Of a DNA stretch of 32,000 nucleotides, positions 1 through 8,936 are shown piece by piece. Numbering within the stretch: the stretch's first letter is position 1; each line of letters opens with the position of its first letter. This DNA comes from an uncultured Lentisphaeria bacterium (GTDB lineage: Bacteria > Verrucomicrobiota > Lentisphaeria > JABSQK01 > JAJFLO01), in the NCBI GenBank assembly GCA_951812855.1, contig OX638337.1, positions 1,170,001 to 1,202,000 on the forward strand. The letters run 5' to 3'. The notes under the pieces are model-generated. The model was not told where the DNA came from. It did not search any database and saw only the letters and a program-made list of their open reading frames with translations. The position numbers were made by a program, and so were the translations under genes.

Positions 1-1279
1 AAAAATAAAAGAAGATAAAAGAAGTTTGCTTGTAAGTGGTATTTTAATAGCACTCAAAAATAAAGATTTTTACAGGAGTTACTCGGAGTTATCAAGTAAC
101 AAGATGTTAGTAGAAGCACTTGTCAGCACCATTAAAGAACAGCTCGATAAAGATTTACAAGGTAATAAAGTTGAGAGACTGATGGAAAACTACAGTTTTA
201 TCAAAAGTCACCCAAGCCTAATACATAAAAATGAAAATAGAGACCTTAAAAACTTAAACAAATTAATTGATGAGATTGATAATAATATTAATGGTTATTC
301 AAGAACATATAAATACTATGATGTTTTGGGGCAATTTTATATCGAGTTTTTAAGATATTCTAATGCCGATAAGGGATTAGGTATTGTCTTAACGCCACCC
401 CATATAACAGAGTTTTTTGCTGATATTGTGGATATACAGTATGCTGATGTTGTATTTGATAATTGCACAGGTACAGGCGGATTCTTGGTATCGGCAATGA
501 AAAAGATGATTGAGAAATGTGGTGGTGATTCATCGCAAGAAAACAATATAAAACATCATCGGCTATATGGAGTCGAATACCAACCTGAAATATACCCACT
601 TGCCGTATCTAATATGCTCTTACACGGAGATGGCAAGAGCAATATTGTTGGCGGTAGTTGTTTTGATAACGACACCATTAAAAAAATTAAAGAAAAAAAG
701 CCAACAGTTGGTTTTTTAAACCCCCCCTATAAATCAGAAAAAAACGATATAGAAGAATTTGAATTTGTATTAAACAATTTAGATTGCTTAGAGAAGCACG
801 GCAGGTGTGTAGCTATAGTACCTATGAGTTGTTCCTTAGCACAAAAAGGGCAAAGGTTAAGATTAAAAGAAAAACTGCTATCTAAACACACTTTAAAAGC
901 GGTGTTTTCTATGCCTAATGAATTGTTTAAAAATTCTAAAGTAGGAGTTGTAACTTGCATAATGGTATTTGAAGCTCACATACCACACCCAGCAAACAAA
1001 AAAACTTTCTTTGGGTATTTTAAAGATGACGGTTTCTATAACAAAAAAACAAAAAATAGGTTTGATTATGATAATCAATGGCAAGGCATAAAAGAGAAGT
1101 GGATAGATTTATATACTAATAATACTGTTAAGGCTGGTTTTAGCGAAGTTTATAAAGTGTCAGCAGACGATGAATGGTGTGCAGAAGCGTATATGGAAAC
1201 TGATTATTCAACACTAAGCAGAGATGACTTTATAGAGACGCTAAAAAAGTATGTCGCCTTTAATGTGTTAAATGGATAA
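1..1279 (+). CDS. hsdM: N6-adenine DNA methyltransferase, type I R-M HsdM-like; 5' end lies outside the window
   Basis: The frame of the 26..1279 ORF has no stop back to base 2, so the gene is 5'-truncated by the window edge. SAM-binding motif DNCTGTGGFL; catalytic GFLNPPYK (NPPY); LGIVLTPPHI and YGVEYQPE...NMLLHGD blocks typical of gamma-class N6 methylases. Confidence 0.85.
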   Translation, partial: KIKEDKRSLLVSGILIALKNKDFYRSYSELSSNKMLVEALVSTIKEQLDKDLQGNKVERLMENYSFIKSHPSLIHKNENRDLKNLNKLIDEIDNNINGYSRTYKYYDVLGQFYIEFLRYSNADKGLGIVLTPPHITEFFADIVDIQYADVVFDNCTGTGGFLVSAMKKMIEKCGGDSSQENNIKHHRLYGVEYQPEIYPLAVSNMLLHGDGKSNIVGGSCFDNDTIKKIKEKKPTVGFLNPPYKSEKNDIEEFEFVLNNLDCLEKHGRCVAIVPMSCSLAQKGQRLRLKEKLLSKHTLKAVFSMPNELFKNSKVGVVTCIMVFEAHIPHPANKKTFFGYFKDDGFYNKKTKNRFDYDNQWQGIKEKWIDLYTNNTVKAGFSEVYKVSADDEWCAEAYMETDYSTLSRDDFIETLKKYVAFNVLNG

Positions 1280-2219
1280 TTTTATGAAAACTGTGCCTCT
1301 ATGTGAAATTTTTGATATTGAGTATGGTAATTCTCTGGCATTATCCGATTTAACAGAAAGCGAAAACGGTGTTTTTTTTGTATCAAGAACAGAAAACCAT
1401 AACGGTGTAAGCACAACAGTCGCTTTAATAGAGAATATTACACCTAATCCAAAGAATACAATTACAGTAGCAGTTGGCGGGTCTGTTATGTCCAGTTTTC
1501 TACAAAAAAGAAACTATTATACTGGCTATCATATATTAATCTTGCACCCTAAAACAAAACTGAGCGATAATGAGATGCTTTATTATTGCATGTGCTTAAG
1601 AGCAAATAAATATAGATATTCATACGGTAGGCAAGCAAACAAAACCCTAGACACCTTATTAGTTCCATCATTGGATAACATTCCTGATTGGGTGAATATA
1701 GCAGAGGTTAAAAATCCAAGTAAAAAACCAATTACAAATAAAGTATTTGAATTAAAAACAAAACAATGGCAATACTTTTTATATACTGATATTTTTGAAA
1801 TCAAAAAAGGAAAAGTGCCAAAAACAATACAAGACGGTAATATATTTTTAGTAAGTGCTACTGGATTAAATAATGGTGTATCTAAAACCATATCAAGTTC
1901 AGTTATACCAAATAACCGAAATTTAATCACGGTATCTTCAAACGGTGATGTTGGAGATGCTTTCTATCAAAACAAAGAATTTTATGCAACAGGTGATATA
2001 AATATTTTAATTCCTAAGTTTAAAACAAATCCACTTATCTCTATGTTTTTAAATACATTAATTAGACGAGAGAAATTTAGATTTAATTATGGCAGGAAAT
2101 GGAGTAAGGAAAAAATGTTAAATCATAAAATTAAATTACCTGTGGATAAAAATAACCAACCTGATTGGCAATTTATGGAAAATTATATTAAGACATTACC
2201 TTATTCAAAATTATTATGA
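1272..2219 (+). CDS. hsdS: R-M specificity (S) subunit with two tandem target-recognition domains
   Basis: Its start overlaps the methylase stop by 8 nt (ATGGATAA), implying translational coupling. Internal two-fold repeat: both halves end in an F-R-(Y/F)-x-Y-G-R ... PDW block (YRYSYGRQANK...IPDW and FRFNYGRKWSK...QPDW). At 315 aa it is short and lacks obvious long helical spacers. Confidence 0.7.
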   Translation: MDNFMKTVPLCEIFDIEYGNSLALSDLTESENGVFFVSRTENHNGVSTTVALIENITPNPKNTITVAVGGSVMSSFLQKRNYYTGYHILILHPKTKLSDNEMLYYCMCLRANKYRYSYGRQANKTLDTLLVPSLDNIPDWVNIAEVKNPSKKPITNKVFELKTKQWQYFLYTDIFEIKKGKVPKTIQDGNIFLVSATGLNNGVSKTISSSVIPNNRNLITVSSNGDVGDAFYQNKEFYATGDINILIPKFKTNPLISMFLNTLIRREKFRFNYGRKWSKEKMLNHKIKLPVDKNNQPDWQFMENYIKTLPYSKLL

Positions 2220-2261
2220 TAATAATTGAACACTTTTTATACGTGTAAAATAAATGACAGA

Positions 2262-2420
2262 ATGAAACAAAAAGATATAAATAAAGTAGCTAAAATGTTA
2301 CTAAACGCTGGCCATCTTCCAAATCATAAGCGGCCAATACCCAGTGCAAAAGACTTGAAAAGGCGATTTGTCCTGCGGCTAGACAGACGGGGTAAACCCG
2401 TACTAAGAGAAGTCAAATAA
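2262..2420 (+). CDS. hypothetical small basic protein (52 aa from ATG 2262; the track ORF starts at TTG 2226)
   Basis: Open frame only, Lys/Arg-rich (KRRFVLRLDRRGKPVLREVK). I recognise no motif and see no convincing SD. Confidence 0.25.
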   Translation: MKQKDINKVAKMLLNAGHLPNHKRPIPSAKDLKRRFVLRLDRRGKPVLREVK

Positions 2421-2579
2421 TTAGTGGTTTTGTCAAGTTAAATACATAATTCCCTTAAAAATGATAGCCGGCATTGAAGAGATCAGTAATCAGTGAGAAA
2501 AACTCAGTGATCAGCAAAAGCTGAGTGATCAGTTACAGAAAAGTTTTGTCTCAGACTCATATAATCGGTTGGCAAAAGC

Positions 2580-2634
2580 AGTGCGGCCATCCCGGCCGCA
2601 GCTTTTCATTATTACACGGGCATGCTGCCTGCTG
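2580..2634 (+). repeat. ~55-nt intergenic repeat element, copy 1 (shared with 22038-22097, inverted)
   Basis: Shares the 15-mer agtgcggccatcccg, then ttatt(a/g)cacgggca and a small GGCA/TGCC-type hairpin, with the reverse complement of 22038-22097. Confidence 0.5.
2582..2607. terminator. GC-rich hairpin, probably a bidirectional rho-independent terminator
   Basis: Stem tgcggcc (2582-2588), loop atccc, stem ggccgca (2594-2600), followed by gcttttc on the + strand and by ctgcttttgcc on the - strand. It sits between convergent genes. Confidence 0.6.
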
Positions 2635-2671
2635 ATTACTCGATTATCGATAACTGGTTACCCGGTGTTGA

Positions 2672-3589
2672 TCACTGATCACTGTTTATTAAGCTCTCGC
2701 CAATCGTCTCTCCAACCTTAACTGATGTCTCATAGCCGTTCCTGCTGTTTTCAATGAGATCAGGTGAAAACTGGATCTTGTTTTTCTCAAAAAGTAATAC
2801 TATTGATGAACCACCGAATTTGAAATAACCTTTTTCCTGCATCTTTATAACATTTTGTCCACTGTACGTCTCCACAATTTCTCCTACCCCAAAGGCACCG
2901 ACTTCGATAAACGCAAACGTACCATATAACGGGTTCTTCAGTATTGTACAGCACCTCTTATTTTTTGTAAAAACCTTGATATCAGCAGCAAGAACAACAG
3001 GATTTACAGAATGATAAGAACCAGAAATCGCAGTTGAATCCATTACGTGAGCATCACATGGGAAATGATATCGATGATAATCCGATGGATTCAACCTGAG
3101 AACTGCCGCTGAACCATTATAAAATTCAGACGCTTCTCTCATAAGTAACGTATTTATAGAGAAATCTACGCCTTTTACAGGAATTATCCGATCATTTGCC
3201 ACATTAGGATAGACAAGCAACCGGCAGTCAGCCGGAGAAATAAACGCACTTGAATTACTGTCAAATTCACGGGATTCCGGTTTTAATTTTCTAATAAAAA
3301 AATCGTTAAAGGACTTATAATCATCAATCGAATCCAGAAATTCTGATTCATCTATTTCTAAATGATCGATGACTTTTCTAATTCTATTCCGTGAAAAGGC
3401 TGAATCCATATACATCCCAAGAAGTTTACTTAATATTGAAAATTTTGAAATGAGCGGAATCATAATAAAATCGAGTGGTCCCAGGTAAGCCCAGGTAATC
3501 ATATTACCGCCAAGGACAACTTCAGTGCGAGGTTCTTTTTCACCCCGTTTGTAAAATTGCACTGTTGTTGCAACATTTATTTTACTCAT
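2672..3589 (-). CDS. psd: phosphatidylserine decarboxylase proenzyme
   Basis: FKFGGSSIVLLF self-cleavage (G-S) motif near the C-terminus; DYHRYHFP block; N-terminal hydrophobic segment; typical length. Confidence 0.9.
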   Translation of the reverse strand: MSKINVATTVQFYKRGEKEPRTEVVLGGNMITWAYLGPLDFIMIPLISKFSILSKLLGMYMDSAFSRNRIRKVIDHLEIDESEFLDSIDDYKSFNDFFIRKLKPESREFDSNSSAFISPADCRLLVYPNVANDRIIPVKGVDFSINTLLMREASEFYNGSAAVLRLNPSDYHRYHFPCDAHVMDSTAISGSYHSVNPVVLAADIKVFTKNKRCCTILKNPLYGTFAFIEVGAFGVGEIVETYSGQNVIKMQEKGYFKFGGSSIVLLFEKNKIQFSPDLIENSRNGYETSVKVGETIGESLINSDQ

Positions 3590-3731
3590 TATTTATATCA
3601 TTTCCTGATTTTTAAAAATTGACTGCTGATATAAACTGCATCATCATTGGTACTGGGAATTTCAATATCTCAATCGAAAACAGTTTGAATATCGTTGGAT
3701 TCCTGCCAAAATCGCAAACTTGCTTTTCAAT

Positions 3732-4397
3732 ATGAATGATATATATATCTTTTTAATATGTTTAATCACCTTTGTATCAGGAATCAGTTTTTGTATTTAT
3801 TTACACTCCAGAGGAGTAAAAACAACACACGTACGTGATTTCTTACATATCATCACAGTTTTATGGTTATTCAGCTGGACATATTGGCAAAATAAAATTT
3901 GTCCAATTGTATTTGTCCTGAGTATATTTTGCATTATAACCGTCACTCCCAAACTCCTGAAAAAGGTTTCGTTTCTTTCCAAATTAAGCAAGAGTGTTTC
4001 GAATCAGGACGAAAAATGGTCAGGTGTTATCTTATATGTATTTGCATATTTAGTTTTTACTGTCCTGGGGTTTTCCCGTTCGCTTTTTCCAGCGGCATGT
4101 GCATTGGCCGTTTTATCAATCGGTGATGGTGTGGGTGGGCTGACAGGCAGTAAATTTGGTAAACTCAAATATAAAATCCCATGGTCTAAACCAAAATCAT
4201 ACATTGGTTCAACTGCAGTGTTTTTGGGATCCTTTGCCTCAATACTCTTTATGAAATGGTGGTTTGACTATACACTCTCGCTGACTTCCGCAGTTATCGT
4301 TGCCATAGTTGCAACCCTGATAGAAGCTGCATCGCCGAAAACGTCAGATAATATCTTAATGCCGGCGTCGGTATATTTAATCCTCGAAATTCTTTGA
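3732..4397 (+). CDS. integral membrane protein, CTP-dependent diacylglycerol/polyprenol (dolichol/phytol) kinase or CdsA superfamily
   Basis: Multiple hydrophobic helices. The SIGDGVGGLTGSKFGK ... KSYIGS block resembles the GD-x-A/G...G-x-x-x-G-K...K-S/T-x-E/G-G motif of the CTP_transf_1/dolichol-kinase family. Start taken at ATG 3732 rather than TTG 3720. Divergent from psd. Confidence 0.55.
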   Translation: MNDIYIFLICLITFVSGISFCIYLHSRGVKTTHVRDFLHIITVLWLFSWTYWQNKICPIVFVLSIFCIITVTPKLLKKVSFLSKLSKSVSNQDEKWSGVILYVFAYLVFTVLGFSRSLFPAACALAVLSIGDGVGGLTGSKFGKLKYKIPWSKPKSYIGSTAVFLGSFASILFMKWWFDYTLSLTSAVIVAIVATLIEAASPKTSDNILMPASVYLILEIL

Positions 4398-4592
4398 ATT
4401 CCATAAAAGGTTCGCCCTGTTTTATGTAAATTTGTAAATGTCGATAAAAATGAACATGCAGCACCTAATAAAATCACACCTCAATACAAAAACGTCTTTT
4501 GGAAAGAAAAAATCCAATTAGCATAAAAATTAAACCGGTAACAATACTGCCCGATGACCGAACAGGCTTTTAATTTTTGAGAACAACACGTC

Positions 4593-5675
4593 TCACCTCC
4601 CTGAAGATTTTGTTTTCATATAATTTACCAATGCTTTCATTAAACTGAAACTTAGCATTAATAACAGCACTAAACCTGGAATTCCATGCATGTGATCATG
4701 AGACAGTGATTCATGACTGACATTATTTAGGAAGCGGTTAAATCCGACAAAATCCGCAGTTTGATTTATCATAATTCCGAAAAACATAGAAACCATAATA
4801 ATCATACCAAGATAAATGACTAATTCACGTTTTCCCAATTCACGTAAAACAGTAAGCATTGTCGTAATATTTGTTGCAGGCCCCGCCAGCAAAAAAACAA
4901 TTGCTGCTCCTGGATTCAATCCTTTGGCAAGCAGTGCAGCCACTAATGGCGTTGATGATGTTGCACACACATAAATCGGAAGAGCAGAAATCAGCATGAT
5001 CAACATCATAAATATCGGCGGTAAATTTAAATCCATAAAAAGATTATCCGGTATGAAAACAGATACCAAACCGGCACCGATGAATCCAATCGATAACACA
5101 CCGGAAATATCATCAAAAATTTTGACGTAAGCAAAGTAGAATACTTTTTTAATTTTTGACACCGCCAAACTGCCCAGAGTACCCGTTCCCTCAGAAACAG
5201 ACGATATGTCCATATCATGACAACAGGATGATTCATTATTTTCCGTTTTTTCCGTGTCCTCCGGATCAGCATCGTCAAAATGATCGATCAGAGTTCCAAC
5301 TCCTATTGCCGAACAGATTGTCGCAATGACCCGGGTTATCGCCAGCACAGGTCCAAGAAGAAAAAAACTTAATAAGAATGAATCGACACCGATTTCAGGA
5401 GTGCTGACAAAAAAACTCGCTGTTGCACCTTTACTTGCACCCTCTTTGCGAAGAGACACCCCGACAGGAATAACGCTGCAGGAACATAAAGGCAGGGGCA
5501 CACCATAAACGGATGCCTTAAAAACAGAAAAAATTCCGGGAGTTTTGAGATGTTTTTTAATGAATCCGGTTGGTAAAATTACATGAATAACCCCGGCACA
5601 AAAGAACCCGACTAAGAGCCAGGGAGCACTTAATTTAATAATCGTCCATGTTTCAAACAGCCATTGCACAATCAT
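4593..5675 (-). CDS. COG0701/ArsP-like permease with a vicinal Cys pair (PLCSCS) and a Cys/His/acidic loop
   Basis: YGVPLPLCSCSVIPVG motif; two hydrophobic halves separated by an acidic insert DDADPEDTEKTENNESSCCHDMD; HESLSHDHMH near the C-terminus. Starts 36 nt after the phoR stop on the same strand. Confidence 0.7.
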   Translation of the reverse strand: MIVQWLFETWTIIKLSAPWLLVGFFCAGVIHVILPTGFIKKHLKTPGIFSVFKASVYGVPLPLCSCSVIPVGVSLRKEGASKGATASFFVSTPEIGVDSFLLSFFLLGPVLAITRVIATICSAIGVGTLIDHFDDADPEDTEKTENNESSCCHDMDISSVSEGTGTLGSLAVSKIKKVFYFAYVKIFDDISGVLSIGFIGAGLVSVFIPDNLFMDLNLPPIFMMLIMLISALPIYVCATSSTPLVAALLAKGLNPGAAIVFLLAGPATNITTMLTVLRELGKRELVIYLGMIIMVSMFFGIMINQTADFVGFNRFLNNVSHESLSHDHMHGIPGLVLLLMLSFSLMKALVNYMKTKSSGR

Positions 5676-5711
5676 AGTATTATTAACCAGCCTCTATTAA
5701 TTTCAATATTC

Positions 5712-7490
5712 TTACGATTGTTCAGAAGACACAGGCAATGTAATTTTAAATATACTGCCCCTGCTTTCCTGGCTTTCTACCGTAATGCTGCCGTTATGAA
5801 TTTGGATTACATGTTTCACAATTGCCAACCCTAATCCTGATCCACCTGTGTGTCTGTCTCTTGATTTATCAACCCGGTAAAATCGTTCAAAAATTCTGTC
5901 ACACTCTTGAGCAGGAATACCAATTCCATTATCCTTAACGTGGATTTCTAACAAATCCGTATCAAAATTTGATGTTATCACTATTTCAGATTTTTTTGGA
6001 CTGTAGTTTACCGCATTCTCCAGGATATTCCGAATTGCTTCTTCTAAAAGACCATGATTACCAAAAACATCTCCATCATTCAAATCTTGTTTCAAGTCAA
6101 TCTCTTTTTCTTTAATTTTAGTTGATATCGACGTGACTGCTCTTTGTACAGTGTCCCTGACATTCTGCTTTTCAAACTTCTTATATAAGCTATAATCTCC
6201 CTGATCCAATTTTGCCAGATAGAATAAATCATCGATAATGTTATTAATGCGTTTCGTGTTATTTTCAATCATTTTAATAAAGCCTGCAGCCTGCGTCGGG
6301 TCAGTGTTAATACATTCCGGGAGTGCCTCAATGGTTCCCTGGATCGTAGTTAGTGGCGTTTTTAATTCGTGAGAAACATTGTCAAAAAATTGTTGTCTGA
6401 CAAGTTCAAGCTCTTTTATTCGTGTTACATCTGTGAAGACCAGTAAAAGCCCTTGAGGCTGATCCTTTTCTAATTCCAGTTTGACGCCTGAAACAACATA
6501 CTTATTTAATTTATTGTTGTCTGAAGACAACTCCAATTCTAATAGTTTTTTTGTGTGATTATCAGACTTAACTAACGAATCAATCATGGATTTTAATTCA
6601 TAGTCACGATTAACTTCTAAAACAGATTTTCCGGGGTACTCTTCATTTTGATCAAGATTCCAGAACGATTTGGCAGCAATATTTATAACAATAATATTTC
6701 GAAGATGATCCAGAACGATGATACCTTCATTCATATTTTCAAAGATCATTTTCCACTGGTTATTATATTTTCGTAATTCATTCTGATTATCCTGCAGTTT
6801 ATCTGTCATTAATTTTATCGAATTACCCAATTTCCAAAACTCGGTAAATTTAGATTGTGCAATCTTTACCGTGCTATTTCCGGCAATAATTTCATTAATC
6901 GAATTAATCAGTTGCTGGATCGATTGGTCAATAATCCCTGAAATAATCGCTGATGCGAGGACGATGATACAAAAAAACGTTAAAATGGCCAGGCTGGATT
7001 GAGATAAAAAGATACGGAGCCGTTTCCAGTTATTTTGCACATTTTCAGATAAACGAAGATAAACAATTCTGTTGTCAATTTTATGCCCAAGAGTTACGGC
7101 AAAGCTGAGAATATACTCGGATGACACCAAATCATAGACTTGACTATATTCGTTTGGAATGATTTTTTTGTCGATATGATAGTTTGACCCATGTAGAGAA
7201 TCAGCTACAACACCCCCATCTTCGCCAATCAGGGTAACGTGCATATCTGTTAATATTGCAATTTTTTGACAATACAGGTTCCAGGTCATTTCGGAATCGG
7301 GTGCATCACCGAAATATGACGATAAGAATAATTTGGCTATTTGGCTGTTCTTACGTAACGCCTCTTTTATAGATAAAATTTGTAATTCATGATAAATTTG
7401 AAATTGGAAATAAATGAAAAGGAAAAGCCCCAATCCCATAAATATGCTTAAACAATTAAATATCCAATAAGCAAGTTTCTTGCGATTCAT
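5712..7490 (-). CDS. phoR: phosphate-regulon sensor histidine kinase (PhoR-like; TM-HAMP-PAS-HisKA-HATPase)
   Basis: H-box FFDNVSHELKTPLTTI; N, G1 and G2 boxes (NAVNYSP, DNGIGI, GGSGLGLAIV). Immediately downstream of the response regulator, within the pst-phoU cluster. Confidence 0.85.
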   Translation of the reverse strand: MNRKKLAYWIFNCLSIFMGLGLFLFIYFQFQIYHELQILSIKEALRKNSQIAKLFLSSYFGDAPDSEMTWNLYCQKIAILTDMHVTLIGEDGGVVADSLHGSNYHIDKKIIPNEYSQVYDLVSSEYILSFAVTLGHKIDNRIVYLRLSENVQNNWKRLRIFLSQSSLAILTFFCIIVLASAIISGIIDQSIQQLINSINEIIAGNSTVKIAQSKFTEFWKLGNSIKLMTDKLQDNQNELRKYNNQWKMIFENMNEGIIVLDHLRNIIVINIAAKSFWNLDQNEEYPGKSVLEVNRDYELKSMIDSLVKSDNHTKKLLELELSSDNNKLNKYVVSGVKLELEKDQPQGLLLVFTDVTRIKELELVRQQFFDNVSHELKTPLTTIQGTIEALPECINTDPTQAAGFIKMIENNTKRINNIIDDLFYLAKLDQGDYSLYKKFEKQNVRDTVQRAVTSISTKIKEKEIDLKQDLNDGDVFGNHGLLEEAIRNILENAVNYSPKKSEIVITSNFDTDLLEIHVKDNGIGIPAQECDRIFERFYRVDKSRDRHTGGSGLGLAIVKHVIQIHNGSITVESQESRGSIFKITLPVSSEQS

Positions 7491-7492
7491 TT

Positions 7493-8185
7493 TTACTCGC
7501 TAAATTTATACCCATCACCATGAACAGTTTTAATATAAACTGATCCGGCACCGAGTTTTTTGCGTAGAGAAGACATATGTACATCAATCGTTCTATATGT
7601 TATAAATGAGTCTTCACCCATTACATCACTAATGATTTTTTCCCTACTCATTACCCATCCAGGATGTTTGGCTAACAATTCCAAAATACGAAATTCATTA
7701 GCTGTTAATTCCAGCTTTTTCGTCCCCACCATTACATCCCGAGTATTAGGGTCAAGTGTTAATTTCCCCCGAATTATTTTTTCATCACTTTCGTATTGTG
7801 ATTCTTTTCTTTCGTGTCGACGTAAAACACTGGCAATTCGAGCTAAAAGAATTCTCGGACTAAACGGTTTCTTTATATAGTCATCGGCTCCGATTTTTAA
7901 TCCGACAACTTCATCTGTTTCTTCCTTCCTGGCAGTAAGCATCATAATCGGAATTGAATTAAATTCGGGATTAGTTTTTAATCGATAACAAACCTGATGT
8001 CCATCCATTCCCGGCATCATTAAATCCAATAAAATCAAATCGGGTTTTAGAAGCTCACATAATCTTATTCCTTCCTCACCATCACGTGCTTTGTTAACGG
8101 AGAATCCATCCTTTTCAAGATGATAAGATAACATTTCAAGAATATCAGGTTCATCATCTATTACTAATATCGTTTTTTTCGGCAT
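7493..8185 (-). CDS. phoB: OmpR/PhoB-family response regulator
   Basis: Receiver domain ILVIDDEPDI...DLILLDLMMPGMDG...KPF; C-terminal winged-helix LTANEFRILELLA...GDGYKF. Context is next to phoU and phoR. Confidence 0.85.
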   Translation of the reverse strand: MPKKTILVIDDEPDILEMLSYHLEKDGFSVNKARDGEEGIRLCELLKPDLILLDLMMPGMDGHQVCYRLKTNPEFNSIPIMMLTARKEETDEVVGLKIGADDYIKKPFSPRILLARIASVLRRHERKESQYESDEKIIRGKLTLDPNTRDVMVGTKKLELTANEFRILELLAKHPGWVMSREKIISDVMGEDSFITYRTIDVHMSSLRKKLGAGSVYIKTVHGDGYKFSE

Positions 8186-8234
8186 CTTTACAGCTTATTG
8201 TTAATGATATGACCAGGTGCTTTTAATCAGTATT

Positions 8235-8897
8235 CTATTTACCGGAAATATGATGGCGAACAATTTCTCCCTGGGTCATATACAATACATCTTCAGCAAT
8301 ATTAGTGGCAGAGTCACCAATCCGTTCGATAGTCCGTGATACGGAAATTAAAAATAGAAGAGGTTCCATCCGATCCGGACATTCTTTAAGTTGCTGTTTG
8401 TATTCAGCAATAACTTCATTATTGAGTTTATCGACGATATCATCGTTCTGACATACCCTGGTTGCCAGAGGAGAATCCAGATTGACAAGTGAGTCAAGAC
8501 TCATTTTTACCATTTTTTGGGTTTCGTCGAACATTAAAGAAAGTTTTTGAGAGATTTGAATTTTTTCGTATTTTGCTATTTCCAAAACATACTCAGCAAT
8601 TTTTGCTGCTAAATCACCGATACGCTCTAAATCATTATTCATTTTTAAAAGACCAATAATCATTCTTAAATCCTTGGCAACAGGCTGATACAGTGCCATT
8701 ATTTTCAGACAATCTTCCTCAAATTCAACTTCATGTTCATCTATTTTCTTATCATAATCAATGACCTTTTGAGCCAGGACAAGATCAAAATTCGCCAACG
8801 CTTTATACGAACTTTTTATTGCATTTTCTATTTCAGCACTCAGTTCCAGTATTTCATCTTTTAAATTTTTTATTCCACGTTCTAAATGGGTGATCAT
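8235..8897 (-). CDS. phoU: phosphate signalling/transport accessory protein PhoU
   Basis: Two PhoU repeats with E-R-I-G-D motifs (DLERIGDLAAKIAE and TIERIGDSATNIAE); follows pstB. Confidence 0.9.
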   Translation of the reverse strand: MITHLERGIKNLKDEILELSAEIENAIKSSYKALANFDLVLAQKVIDYDKKIDEHEVEFEEDCLKIMALYQPVAKDLRMIIGLLKMNNDLERIGDLAAKIAEYVLEIAKYEKIQISQKLSLMFDETQKMVKMSLDSLVNLDSPLATRVCQNDDIVDKLNNEVIAEYKQQLKECPDRMEPLLFLISVSRTIERIGDSATNIAEDVLYMTQGEIVRHHISGK

Positions 8898-8936
8898 TCA
8901 AGTCTCCTGACAAATTAAAAATATAACCGTTTATTA

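Larger units (their letters stand above)
2484..2684. repeat. cluster of 10-mer CAGTGATCAG-like motifs in inverted arms around a central hairpin
   Basis: Forward copies: cagtaatcag 2484-2493, cagtgatcag 2505-2514, gagtgatcag 2523-2532. Reverse copies: 2632-2641 (rc gagtaatcag), 2669-2676 (partial) and 2675-2684 (rc cagtgatcag, exact). The last copy encodes the psd C-terminus SDQ and its stop. Confidence 0.6.

Noticed and set aside
2484-2684. CRISPR array
   Set aside because: The repeat units are only ~10 nt, irregularly spaced at 18-21 bp, present in both orientations, and no cas genes are nearby.
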